Shown one piece after another: positions 52,900 through 64,000 of a stretch of DNA of 64,000 nucleotides. This DNA comes from Epiperipatus broadwayi. Lineage: Eukaryota; Animalia; Onychophora. Under the pieces are notes generated by a model. That model did no database searches. It was not told where the DNA came from and saw only the letters and a program-made list of their open reading frames with translations. Location: positions 9,982,001 to 10,046,000 of the forward strand of contig JAQFVV010000002.1 in NCBI GenBank assembly GCA_028023455.1. The letters run 5' to 3'. Numbering within the stretch: the first letter of the stretch is position 1; each line of letters opens with the position of its first letter. Both the position numbers and the translations under genes were made by a program.

Positions 52900-53900
52900 A
52901 CTTCTTAAAAGTTTCTTTAACATGAACCTATTATAATTGCACATGTCCAAAATATTTCTAAAGCTATGAAAATGATGCCATTGAGTTATTTCTTGTTATA
53001 TTTACTAATTTTTCAATGAATGTGCAATTTCACTTCCTAAAATTCTTTTCCATCGACAATTTGTTGTTGAGCTTAAAATCATCTACATCTCTAAAAATTA
53101 TTATATCCTTGTTAATATGAAAAAAATTTCAAAATCTAAATAAACTTTTCTTAAATTGTTTTCAGAAATTCCTTGGAATTCACAAAGAAATCTGAATAAA
53201 ACATATTTGGTTTGACTTTCAAATATTTTCTATTAGCAATATATAATGATAGCTAATAACCTATTACAAATATTAACCTATAGTTAAGGCAACCTCCTTT
53301 AACAATAAAAATGGTACCACCTCTATTTATGGTCTGATATACTTATATAGACACTAAATATTACAACTTTACCAAAGTATACGAGATTAATAAAGCAAAG
53401 AAGTTTAAACAAACCTCATTAATCAGGAAATAGAACCTGTTTTGAAAGCAGACTAGTAAATAGTCAATTATAACTTCCAGATTCTAAAAGCAGACTAATA
53501 AATAATCATTTATAACTTCCAAATTATATATAAAGTATGTATTTACTAAGACAATAAAGCCAATTATTCAATGCTCTAATAGGTTTATAAATTAGTTGGT
53601 AACAATCAAGTTTAAGCTATCAACATTTTCAATCTGTAACCAAGGCAACTTCCTTCAACAATAAAGATGGTATCACCTTTGTCTATGGTCTGATATATTT
53701 ATATAGACACTAAAGATGGCAATGTTACCAAGGAGTGTGAGATTAATAATGCAAAAAAGTTTAAACAAATCTCATTAATCAGGCAAATATAACCTGTTCT
53801 AAAAGCAAACTAATAAATAGCCAATTATTATCTAGATTTATAAACTTTTTAAAGCATTGAGTAATTGGATTTATTGTCTTAGTTTTGATAATGATAGCTA
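52900..53900 (-). mobile_element. Decayed LINE endonuclease remnant with a ~200-bp tandem duplication
   Basis: 53267-53470 directly repeats at 53642-53830. Minus-strand YQTINRGGTIFIVKGGCL / YQTIDKGDTIFIVEGSCL resembles YR.DR..GGGV.I.VK. Confidence 0.5.
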
Positions 53901-53962
53901 AATCTGAGAGAAATTTGACTAAAATGAAACAATCTTGAAATCAAAATGGATACCAGAAGATA

Positions 53963-54194
53963 TAGCATTAATTTAATAGTAAGGAAATTAAGTCATATAT
54001 CATGTGACTTAATTTAATAAGCTTGTATTTACACATGTAATATAATGAGCATGCTAATAACTCTAAACAAGCTTTTTTGATAAATGCCACAAGATAATTT
54101 TAGATAGAGATTTTAAGTGCTTTCTCTTGTGGCATTTATTGAAAAAAGCTTGTTTAGAGCTATTAGCATGCTCATTATATTAGTATTAATTTAA
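53963..54194. mobile_element. Fold-back copy of the AAGCTT/CATGTGA family with ~57-bp arms
   Basis: Arms 54038-54094 / 54125-54182. The flanking TAG(C/T)ATTAATTTAA matches 13/14. Confidence 0.75.
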
Positions 54195-54249
54195 AAACAA
54201 ATTTTTTTGTGGAAACTGAATCAACAATTTTATAAGCACATAGAAAAGG

Positions 54250-55650
54250 ATAAAAGGGGGATATTATAGCATTTTTAAAAAAGGTTTTAAAAATGAGCAG
54301 TTTTTTAGGGAATTTGGAAGAATCAAAGAAAATGTTTTATTATTTAGTTGTATGGAAAGTATCAGAGAACAGATTATAATAGAAATAACACAATCATAGA
54401 TGAAAGGAATCTATAGAAGGTTTATACCATAATGGCAATGACTGAGATATTTTTAATGATATTGTCTATATAAAAAAATAAGATTAAATTAATTTTGAGA
54501 TCATTACCAAATAATAATCTTATCAGCAAATGAATCACATTGATTTGGGGTTTTTGCATAAAACTTAAGAAAAAAATAATATAAATAGTAGCCTTATTAT
54601 ATGAGTTAATACTAAAATTTACTCAATAGTTTAGAGATTAGAAGAAATTAAACTATAGTCTCATATCAAAGAAAAAAGTTTTAACAATATATAAAAATAT
54701 AATCTTTCATATTCTGCATAAAAGTAAGGTTATATTCAAAAGCAATCATTACAAACATAAAGCTTTCTATTTTTAAAAATAATTTTCAGATGGACAAAAT
54801 GATTTCACACATACATACACACAAAACTCAAGACACAATAGATGACAGTGGAGAAAAATAATAAATAATTGAAAAAGCCAAAATATAGCTTGGAGAAAAT
54901 TTATATGCATTTTATTGATTATAATAAAGCTTTTGATTTAAGTGAGTATGGTTGTTTGATTAAATATGTATAATGCAGAATATATAGGAATGGAAAATAC
55001 AATTAAAATAAAGCAGGATAAAAAAGGCTGGTCAAGAAGTTAGACAGATCTATATATTATATATAAATTTATTAAACTTATGTATTGAATAAACAATATA
55101 TAAAAAATGATTAGAAGAAAATAAAGGTAGATTTAAAAATGGTGAAAGAAATATCAATAACATCTGATGTTTAATAAATCAAAATCATATATATATAAAG
55201 AAAATCTAAGAAGCTTATTATAAAAGGTAAGATGGGAACAAAATTTTTTTATAAATAAATATAAAAAACTGGGACATCAGATAAGATGTAAAAAATATTG
55301 ACTTGTTTGTTTTCTTTAAACCTTTAACTAATAACAATGAGCTCATCACAAATGATAATGGACATAATTGCAACAAAAAGTCTTAAATCAAACTTTTGAT
55401 GTAGGGATATATATTTTTTGAAAGATCAGAATTATTTAATTGGTGACATTTGTTTTGAAATTTTAGGGATGTGAAAATTAGACACTAAAAGAAATGGGAA
55501 ATATATTGGCACTCATAAAAACTTGTGAAAATACCATAACATTAATAAAAACAAGTTGATACTGAATCAGATTAAATCTAAAAATTCACAGTAACACAAG
55601 TGAACAGATTAAAAATGTATTACATTGTTCATATATAAAGTTATTTAATT
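54250..55650 (+). mobile_element. Decayed RTE-like LINE RT remnant
   Basis: YMHFIDYNKAFDL at 54903-54940 matches the RT motif FIDY.KAFD. Heavily mutated elsewhere. Confidence 0.65.
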
Positions 55651-56505
55651 CATTAGAAAATTTTATAAGTTTGGAAAGCTTGATAATTTGAAAAAAAAAG
55701 TGAGTGGGAGATTGGAAAGCCAAACAGACAAGAAATTATTCAACAGAAGTTATTCAAATGAGCTCCAGAATTAGAATTTTTTCTAATAATTATTTGCACT
55801 TTTTTACTTTCTTATCTATCTTTGGTTGGGTCTTCATGTTGCATTTAGGCTGTCTTCTTAGTTTTTGCTTTAATAAGGACCTTCTCTAATTATGATATTC
55901 AATAATATTGGATATTTTGGTATGTGATCCATCCATTTTAATCTTATCATTCTGAATAATATCTAATATTTAATTTTTTAATTTAATAATAATATTTTCT
56001 GCATAGGTTTATTATGAGATCAATTAATTTACTAACAATCGTCACCACCCATTTCAAAAAGAAAGTTATAACTCCTTATAGATCGACAATTATCTATTAA
56101 ATAATAAATAATTAGAATTATCTTTTATGCATTTATAAAAATGCAATAGTCTAAAATTTAATTTATGCAATTGGCAAAATCGCTCCTTAAAGTTTTAATC
56201 AATAGATACATTTATATTTTTTGTGTGGGAATGTGCGCGACGGTGTGCATAATAATGAATATATAAATAAAAAGCAAAATTTTAATCTGATTTTAATTTA
56301 TTTATTATAAGTATTTTATGAATGCATAACATATAAATTAATCATCTTCAAAACATAAACAATAATTAGTATTAATATTTTAAAAAAAAGAATGCAATTA
56401 ATATTATTAAACGACTTTCTAGTATCTTTTTGTTGGGATCAGCGCTTGAATGTGAAAAGATTTCGGGTATATGTATATAGAGCATAAAAGATATTTCTTA
56501 GTGAA

Positions 56506-56536
56506 GTCTCCATAGCAACTGTAGCTACATGGCAAC
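56506..56536. promoter_or_regulatory. RFX X-box (GTCTCCATAGCAAC) with an adjacent X-box-like GTAGCTACATGGCAAC
   Basis: 56506-56519 fits the 14-bp RTHNYYWTRRNRAC consensus. It lies in a CpG-retaining region about 500 bp upstream of the NWD-like ATG. Confidence 0.6.
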
Positions 56537-57013
56537 CTCAGGTGTAAGCTTAGCACTGCAGATTATTCTTGAATCTAAAGGGAGTCTTTGTCTCGGATAA
56601 TGTTTCTCTGCATATCTTAGATACAACTTTAAAATGTAAACTGTAAAGCATAAAATAGTTTTTTTTTTTTAAAAAAAAAAAAACAACAACAAATTATTAT
56701 AACTAAAAAAAAAAGATTATAATTTTTTGTCTAAATTTATGAATTAAATTCAAACATTCAATAATTTATATTTTTGAAAAGTTGAAACATTTTGTTTTCA
56801 CTTATAAACAGTGAACAGATACAGTATATAAATGCGAATCTTTTAATGGTTTACACAATTTTAAAAACTGTTTCTGGTAAATGATTTTAATAAAGGAATA
56901 GGCGAAGAGTTCATTTAATTAGTTTTTATCTATTTTGCCATTAATACCACTTGTTGTCATTTCTCTCATCTGAAAACTTCTTTTTGGATGTGCAAACTTG
57001 ATCTACGATAGGC

Positions 57014-57116
57014 ATGGCTGGGGAGGAAGGAAATGCAGTTATGGTTGGACGTGTTTGTACTTTGCCAACAATCCCTTCAGGTGTAGTGAAAATCTTCATT
57101 TGTTCAACACAATCAG
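57014..57116 (+). CDS. NWD2: First coding exon of a NACHT and WD-repeat protein (NWD1/NWD2/qui-1 family; paralog unresolved)
   Basis: MAGEEGNAVMVGRVCTLPTIPSGVVKIFICSTQS plus G|GTAAGC (phase 1, next residue plausibly D). This matches the family N-terminal G.L..LP..S..V(R/K)IF.SST..D motif. Later exons were not found in the window. Confidence 0.75.
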
Positions 57117-58152
57117 GTAAGCTTGTTTAATTAATTAAATATTTATTTTGATTTTATAAAACAATACAGTATTTTTTTAAATAATAAACAAAAGTTTTCT
57201 AAAGTACATATTTTTATAAAATTTAACGTGTTAAATTTAGTCTTCATTTATTACCAAATAAATTAGACTAATAGCAGTTATTTAATGAAATCATTATTAT
57301 TATCTTAGTTCTGATTATTCTTACTGTAAAATTCTTGTTTGAAACCGTCGTTAATTATTTCATTTTTTCTTGGTTTCATTTTCTTGTTTTTGTTTGTTTG
57401 TTTATTATTTATTTTATTTTCTTATTTAGCTAAATCTTTTAATCAATGAATTTTCGCAGCTATTTATTATTATTTTTTACTTGGTCTAATTCTAAACAAT
57501 TGTATTTATTCTCATTTTGTAAAAAAAAAAAAAAAGATTCCTGTGTGAATTATATATGATTCAGTATTGTTTTTATTGATGCCTAATCCTTTCATGCTTT
57601 GTATATGTACGTTTAGTTAATCTTAATTAAAATGTTTGAATCAAGGATAATGCATTATTTGAAAGTAGCGGAATATCCATTAATTATCGAATATAGATAA
57701 GTTTGAATGCATTCGTAATAGGTATTATTAACAATCATTACATCATAAAATATAATAAACCATTTGTGAAAAGTAGATTTTATTATTCCAACGAATCTTT
57801 TGGGAAAACGCCTTTCAATGGCTTAATTATCATGAACAGCAATTTGTAAATGTCTTTCACCTTCCCATACATTAAGGTTCGCTAAAATCTTCAAAGATTA
57901 CTGTTACATTTTCTTTTTAAATGAGATTGATTTTTTAAAATTATCTTCTAACAAATTTTTGGGAAAGTCAAACGTCTGAAAAACCAAAGTGGAGTCCAAA
58001 TACAAGAATAATTCCATTCATTTGATCAGTTTTTTTTGCCTCAAGGTGAGAGAGGGATTACTTTTTTTTATTGAGAATCAATTCAAATCCTTTTACTCCT
58101 AAGTATTTACTTTTATAATTGAATCAAAAACTATCTCTTTTCTGGATTATCA

Positions 58153-58343
58153 TAATATTATTTAAATGTTATGTCCAACTCAACAGAAAAGGTAGACTTT
58201 TATATAATTTAAACTTTAATTTTATTTGTTCTGAGTGTGACATATCTATGTTGAAAGCATGCTCAGTATGAATAAAATTAAAGTTTAAATTACATAAAAG
58301 TCTACTTTTTCAGTTAAAATGTACATAACATTAAAATAATATT
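58153..58343. repeat. Fold-back with ~85-bp arms and a hammerhead-like loop sequence
   Basis: 58153-58236 vs 58261-58343, about 85% identical. The centre reads CTGAGTGT-GACATA-TC-TATGTT-GAAA-GCATGC. Confidence 0.75.
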
Positions 58344-59220
58344 TTATAAGTGAAATAAATAATTTTTCAGGGCAATAATTTTTTATATTTTGAGTTATTT
58401 TCATTTTTTGTCTTTTTTATTGGCTACTTATAAACTCTATTTTTAGATTTTAGATATATAAAAATGGGAATAATTTTTTTTTATAACAACTGATAACCCA
58501 TACAGGCAATAACTTAATTTAACTAATCTGACATGTATTTTTATTTATTTTATATATTTTAACAGCTACCAACAAACTTTTTTGCTCAATGTGGGATGGC
58601 ATTGTTTTCTTGATTAAAAATCCTGAGGCTGCAAACAATAATTTATATCTACTTCATTTAGATCTTACTAAGAAGAAAGTGTTTTGTCTTGATAATATCT
58701 TTACTGTTTTTTAGATCATTACCTTATTTGTAACATTATGTATGTATTTGATACATTCCAAAATAATTCAGGCTCACTTATCACACAATAAAAAAAAAAA
58801 AATCTTTATGGACTTTTTAACTGGAAGAAAATCCCAAATTGTTTCATAGCTATTATTTAGTTTTTCCGTGCAATCCCTGCCAGGCAAAATAATATAAATA
58901 TATATAATAGCAATTAAATGATCTAATAATTTACATTTAATTACACTTTAGATTATTTTCATTATTTAATATTAATTGTTAAGTATCTTTAGAGAAATTC
59001 AAACTTTATTTAAACATTCAACATAATATTTCAAGTGGTATTATGCTCTTTTTCAGATATTGCTGGCTTGACCAGTGAAAGTAGTAGCATGACAATCAAA
59101 CCAGGGAACTTTAGATTTGTGAATATTAAATTTAAGATGATGAACTTATCAGAAGTATATTCTCTTATTCTTCTCTTTCACTTTCTTTGCATATCTTCAT
59201 ATAATCATATATATATCTCT

Positions 59221-59457
59221 TATAACAATTCCTTCATATACACATTAATGCAAACAAATTTTCTACACCTTCTTTATTTTCTTTACAGTTCTCGACTGTC
59301 CAGCAGTTTTCATCAGAGCTCTACTTCTTCTCTGCTTTTTAAAAGCAGAGAAGAAGTAGAGCTCTGATGAAGACTGCTGGACAGTCAAAACTGTAAGGAA
59401 AATAAAGAAGTGGAGAAAATTTGTTTGCATTAATGTGTATATGAAGGAATTGTTATA
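59221..59457. mobile_element. Near-perfect 237-bp palindrome with a hammerhead-ribozyme-like core in each arm (Penelope-type pLTR)
   Basis: Arms 59221-59339 / 59341-59457 with a 1-nt loop. The right arm reads CTGATGA-A-GACTG-CTGGA-CAGTC-AAAA-CTGTA and the left arm on the minus strand retains CAGTCGAGAAC. Confidence 0.85.
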
Positions 59458-61339
59458 AAAAATTAAATTCTTGGTAGAATAACCTAATTGATTAGAACAT
59501 CCTGTTAAATTCAATATTCATGAATTGAAAGATCTGGCTCAATTCTTATGCTAGTACTGTCATTGATTATGTCAACAACACCTTAAAGAAGAGAAAATAA
59601 TATCATTCAGAATGTTGGGTCATATATTGTTAACAGTTGAATGCATTTGAAAAGTTTAAATAAAGTTTGAATTTTTTTAAGAACATTTAACAATTAATAT
59701 TAGATGATAAAAATAATCTAATATCTAATTACAAAATACCATCATCATAAATTTTCAGGTAAATAGTAATAATTTATATGTTTAAACAGATATTAACAAA
59801 ACATTTTTGCAAATAAATATAAATATTTTTCCTAATTACTTGTATCAAATAATAACAATGAAAAATTTTAATACAATTTTAGCTAAACTTATAGCATTAT
59901 AACTTTCTTGGTTGCTAGTTCTATAGTAAAGAAAATCAAAAATATGATAAAATCTTTTATTGGTACTGGATAATTCATCTTTTGCCACTAAATAGATAAT
60001 TTTTATTTAATTATGAGATGTAGAAAGTAATTTTTTTCAAATAATTTACTACCTAAAATCAAAATCTCCAGTACTATCTTTACAAATTTTGCTTCAAAAT
60101 TCTTATTGCTACCAGATAATCTTAATTTAAATTTTAAAATAATATTATCTTTGGGCAAATAAGAAAAATAATATAAACATTCAACTGTGAATGAATATTT
60201 CAGTAATAAAAAACAATTTCTTAAATTCTATCTGTTTCATGGTTTCATCAAGATTACATACTTTATAAAACTAACCTAAATAAGGCTTCTTCTTTTTTTT
60301 TTTAAAAAAAAATGATTTTGATGCTACATATAAGATCTATGGCATAAAATTAGAAAAAAATTATAGCATCTATTTTAGAAATGACACTACTTTAGGTATT
60401 TTAAGCAATATATTTCAGTAGGCTGACCATTCATTTAAAGAATTGTTTGTGTAAGTTTATGAAAAGTTTTGCATTGCAAATGCCATCCCTTTTTTTAGAT
60501 GTTCTGTAAATCATATAGTGGGTCAGATATGATTTTGTGGTCCATGATAAAAAATATAGTGATACTTTTAAAAAATGATAAGATTTGATATAACTTATTA
60601 TTTTTGTGTATGAATGAATGTCTCTTGTTCCAAGTTTCTAACTCAGCAGACAAAATCAGAGTTTCTCATGAAATATAGATAATAAATATAGCTGATAAAT
60701 ATTTATAACCAATCAATTCTTTTAAAATTGTGATTCACTCCCTCTAGGATTGTGAAAATTTTGAGCTATTACTCAATGTAAAATATTTTAATCAAGTTCT
60801 TTTACTTTAATTTATTACATATATATTCCTTGCATTCCTTTATTTCTTCTTCATTGGCTGTTCTAAAGTGAAAAAAATTATCCATCTATTAGAAATGTTA
60901 ATATAAAAGAACTGACTAATTAAATACTGTATATGTAATTGATAAAACATTCAGTCAAATTGTTATAAAGAGTCTCATTGTCATTTCTACATAGATGTTT
61001 CAGGTGTCGAAGTCAGTAGCTCACATAAAAAAGATGGAGTTTCTGGCAAAATACATGAATAATGATGGGTACTGATTTAAAAGATTTTACACTGAATGAG
61101 TTTATTGGCTTTTTGCATTTGAATTTAAGATCAAGAAATCCCACAATGTCTCTTTTCAGTTTCCTGATACTTCTTAACTAAAACATTAATTGAGATTTCT
61201 GAAGGGTGTGTGTGAATAAACTTTTTTTAAAATAGATATTTATAGTCATGACAGAGATAATTAAATTATGGCTCAACGATATAAAGGCATCGCTAAGACT
61301 AAGCAAAGAGTGATAAGAATCCCATTATTGTCACCCCAG

Positions 61340-64000
61340 CTTTCATTTGATGATAACCTTTTAGATTATTTTCAAGTTAAGAAAGATTTCATAAATTGGA
61401 AGAAAAGCTGTCAAATTAAATGGGAGATTGTTGGACTTGTGAAGGAGAAGGCAAGATGAAGAGGCAATTGATTTAAAAAGTTATCCAGTAATTTATTATA
61501 AAGACACAAATAGTGAAAGCACAAGTAGAGTGGAATTTATTTTAAATAAAAATGAAAAAAAAAAACAACATTGTGGTGATTGATGGTGTATCAGACAGAG
61601 TGACAAGATTAATTATTCAACTTAATCAAAGATATCAAATGCAGATAATTCAGGATTATGTCTGACAAGTTCTTATTGTGATGAAGTAGAGGATTTTTAT
61701 ATAGATGTACAAAAGGCTTTTGATTAGATCAAACAACACTTTAAATTGTCATGCAAGACTATAATGTTAAAATTAGTAAATGATTGAAAAATGAAAGTGT
61801 ATGAGTAAATTAGAATATGGTAATAGATATGAGAGAGCAGACAGACTTGTGAAATTCAAAAACGAAAAAAGATTTTATATTATAAATTCTTTCTTTGAAA
61901 AAAATGCTAAATATAAATGGATATGCCAAATATTGAAATGAAAGTACAGAAGAATTGAATTATATTTTGACTAAAGAAAATATATATTTCAAGATTATAA
62001 TATTCCTAATAAATTCAAAACAGCAAGACATCACCAATTACAGAAAACAGTATTCACAATAGATATTTCTAACTTTCAAAAATTATTCCAGTGAATTAAA
62101 ATTAAAACTTATAAATCATTTTAATATATTAACACATTTTAAAGATGTTTTGGATTTGAATGAAATAAATAGTAAGATAACTGATACACTATTAAGAACT
62201 GCAATAAAAATAGCTGATACAAAGAAGCAGCAATTTACCAGCATATTTTCTATTAAAATGATAATATATTTTTTTTTAAAAAAGAAATATGAAAATTTAT
62301 AAAAATGACCCATTAAAAAAAACGAATTAAATATTTAGAATTTTGTAAAATGTACAAAAATAAGAATAACAATATAAGAAAATATAATTGTGAATTAGTA
62401 GAGTAAATTAGAGAAGAGAATAAAAGTTACAAAAATGTAAAATAATATCTTGGGATTGATAGGAGGTTTCTTTCTGTAATAAAAAGAAAGATAAATTTAT
62501 TACTAAAAAGAGAGATAATATGGTGAAATGTGTGTAAAAATTGTATAAAGAATAATATAATAATAAAAAATGAGAAAACATATCCCTAATAATTACTACA
62601 TCTTCTTTATTGCCCAACATTCTAAATGAAGAAGTGAGACGTGGAATTAAATCTATGAAAAAGGGAAAAATTCTAGGCAATGATGGAATTATAATCACTG
62701 TTTCAAAAGAAGCAGTTAAAGAAATAGAAAAATTGTTGACAAAATTATATAGCAAATATTTAAATGAAAAAGATATAATTTAATGATTGGAAGTTCATAT
62801 TTAAAAAGGTAATAAAAATATTAAAAATTACAATCCTATTAATTGTTTATTAATACAATACATAATTTTTATCAAAATAAATACAACTTGTCTATAATGA
62901 ACTTTGAATTTTAATCAACTGAAAGAACAAGCTGGATTTAAAAATGGTTTTAGAAGATTAGATCATATCAAAATATTGAAAGAAGTTGTAGAAAGGTTCA
63001 GTATGCTTTGGATTTGTAGATTATTAAAAAATATTTGATTCTATAAGCATTTCTAAAGCGATTAAACATATAATCATCAAGATATAGATACAGGATACTG
63101 TCAATTCTGAAATATATTTATAAAAATGCAAGTGATATTAAGATAACTAACTTCGAGAAGTGTACATGACAGAATGATTTCATATTTCCAAAATCTTTTG
63201 CCGCAGTTTTACAAGAAGTATTTTGTGAATTAAAATGTGCAAGTAAGGGAATAAAAGTAAATGATTATTTTAAGTCATCTAGCTATTCAGATAATCTAAA
63301 TAGTTTTGCAAATAATGCTTCAAAACTTCAAAAAAAAGTTGCAAGGATTATCAGATGAAAGTAAGGACTGAAGAATTCTGTAAAGTAATGTTAAATAGAT
63401 ATATAAAAAAATAAAGATTGATAATGTTAAATTAGAAGAAGTTTACAACTATAAATACCTAGGTCATATTATTAATACAGACAAAAACATAATGGATGAA
63501 ATTAATCATAAAATTAAATTTGAGTAAAGTGCTTTTGGTAGAAATAACTTAATATTAAAAGGAAATATATTCTTATGTGTATTGAAAAGGTCCTTAATAA
63601 AAGAATTTTATCATCTTTTACTTAGGATCTGAGACTGGGACACTTAATGCAAGAGTGATACAAAGACTTCAGACTATTATAAAGAATAGAGAAATGTATG
63701 TTAGAAGTAACAAGAAAGAACCAAAAGCAAAACACATCAGTGAGAGAACAAATAGGTATTATTGATATTGAAAAAATTAAAAGTCTGAAGTGGAGCTGGT
63801 TTGGATATATTGTTACAAGAGATGATAATAGTGGGCAGCTGAAATCTTATAATATATTCCAAAATATTATAAAAGACATAAAAAGAAACCATATGTGAGG
63901 TTGAATATAAGGAAATTCACTGGTATGACATGGAGAAAAGAGATTAGAGATTGGAGAAACTGAATTATATTTGGAAAGATCTTTATAATGCAGTATATCG
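61340..64000 (+). mobile_element. Decayed near-full-length RTE-clade LINE, same family as 1-620
   Basis: Nucleotide-level similarity to 1-620 (e.g. GATTGATGGTGTATC(A/G)GACAGAGT, GATGTACAAAAGGCTTTTGAT). RT fragments PNILNEEVRRGIKSMKKGKILGNDGI and EQAGFKNGFRRLDHIKILKEVVE, and C-terminal KWSWFGYIVTR. Many stops and frameshifts. Confidence 0.92.

Noticed and set aside
57777-57873. LLFQRIFWENAFQWLNYHEQQF as NWD exon 2
   Set aside because: It needs phase 0 but exon 1 ends in phase 1, the acceptor is weak, and the frame stops soon after.
59035-59514. ORFs 59035-59367 (+) and 59263-59514 (-) sharing YNNSFIYTLMQTNFLH
   Set aside because: The shared peptide is a by-product of the DNA palindrome, not a gene pair.
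60992-61060. TACATAG|ATGTTTCAGG... as NWD exon 2
   Set aside because: The phase-1 reading DVSGVEVSSSHKKDGVSGKIHE* stops and does not match the expected DF..ER..L motif.
102-63898. Most remaining 60-115 aa ORFs in the supplied track
   Set aside because: They have the low-complexity Ile/Phe/Leu/Lys composition typical of random AT-rich DNA, or are fragments or antisense frames of the TE remnants listed above.

Overview
Very AT-rich, CpG-depleted animal genomic DNA, probably an invertebrate (arthropod-like). It is mostly intronic or intergenic and dense in decayed transposons: RTE and other LINEs, Penelope-like elements, a gag remnant and a pogo/Tc2-like TIR element. Only two host coding exons are well supported: a Pro/Tyr-rich first coding exon (6352-6548, minus) and the first coding exon of an NWD1/NWD2 (NACHT-WD40, qui-1-like) gene (57014-57116, plus) with RFX X-box motifs upstream. 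No rRNA, tRNA, CRISPR array or prokaryotic features were found. Four things most deserve follow-up. (1) About 13 local fold-back (inverted-repeat) structures, several flanked by 14-16 bp direct repeats and several carrying hammerhead-ribozyme-like cores. (2) A 114-bp TSD-flanked, A-tailed retrocopy of an unidentified structured small RNA (37430-37543). (3) A ~3.5-kb decayed coding-like segment with no recognisable transposon motif, a candidate endogenous viral element (43690-47200). (4) CpG-retaining islands that likely mark regulatory DNA. All translations and alignments were done by eye; no database searches were run.
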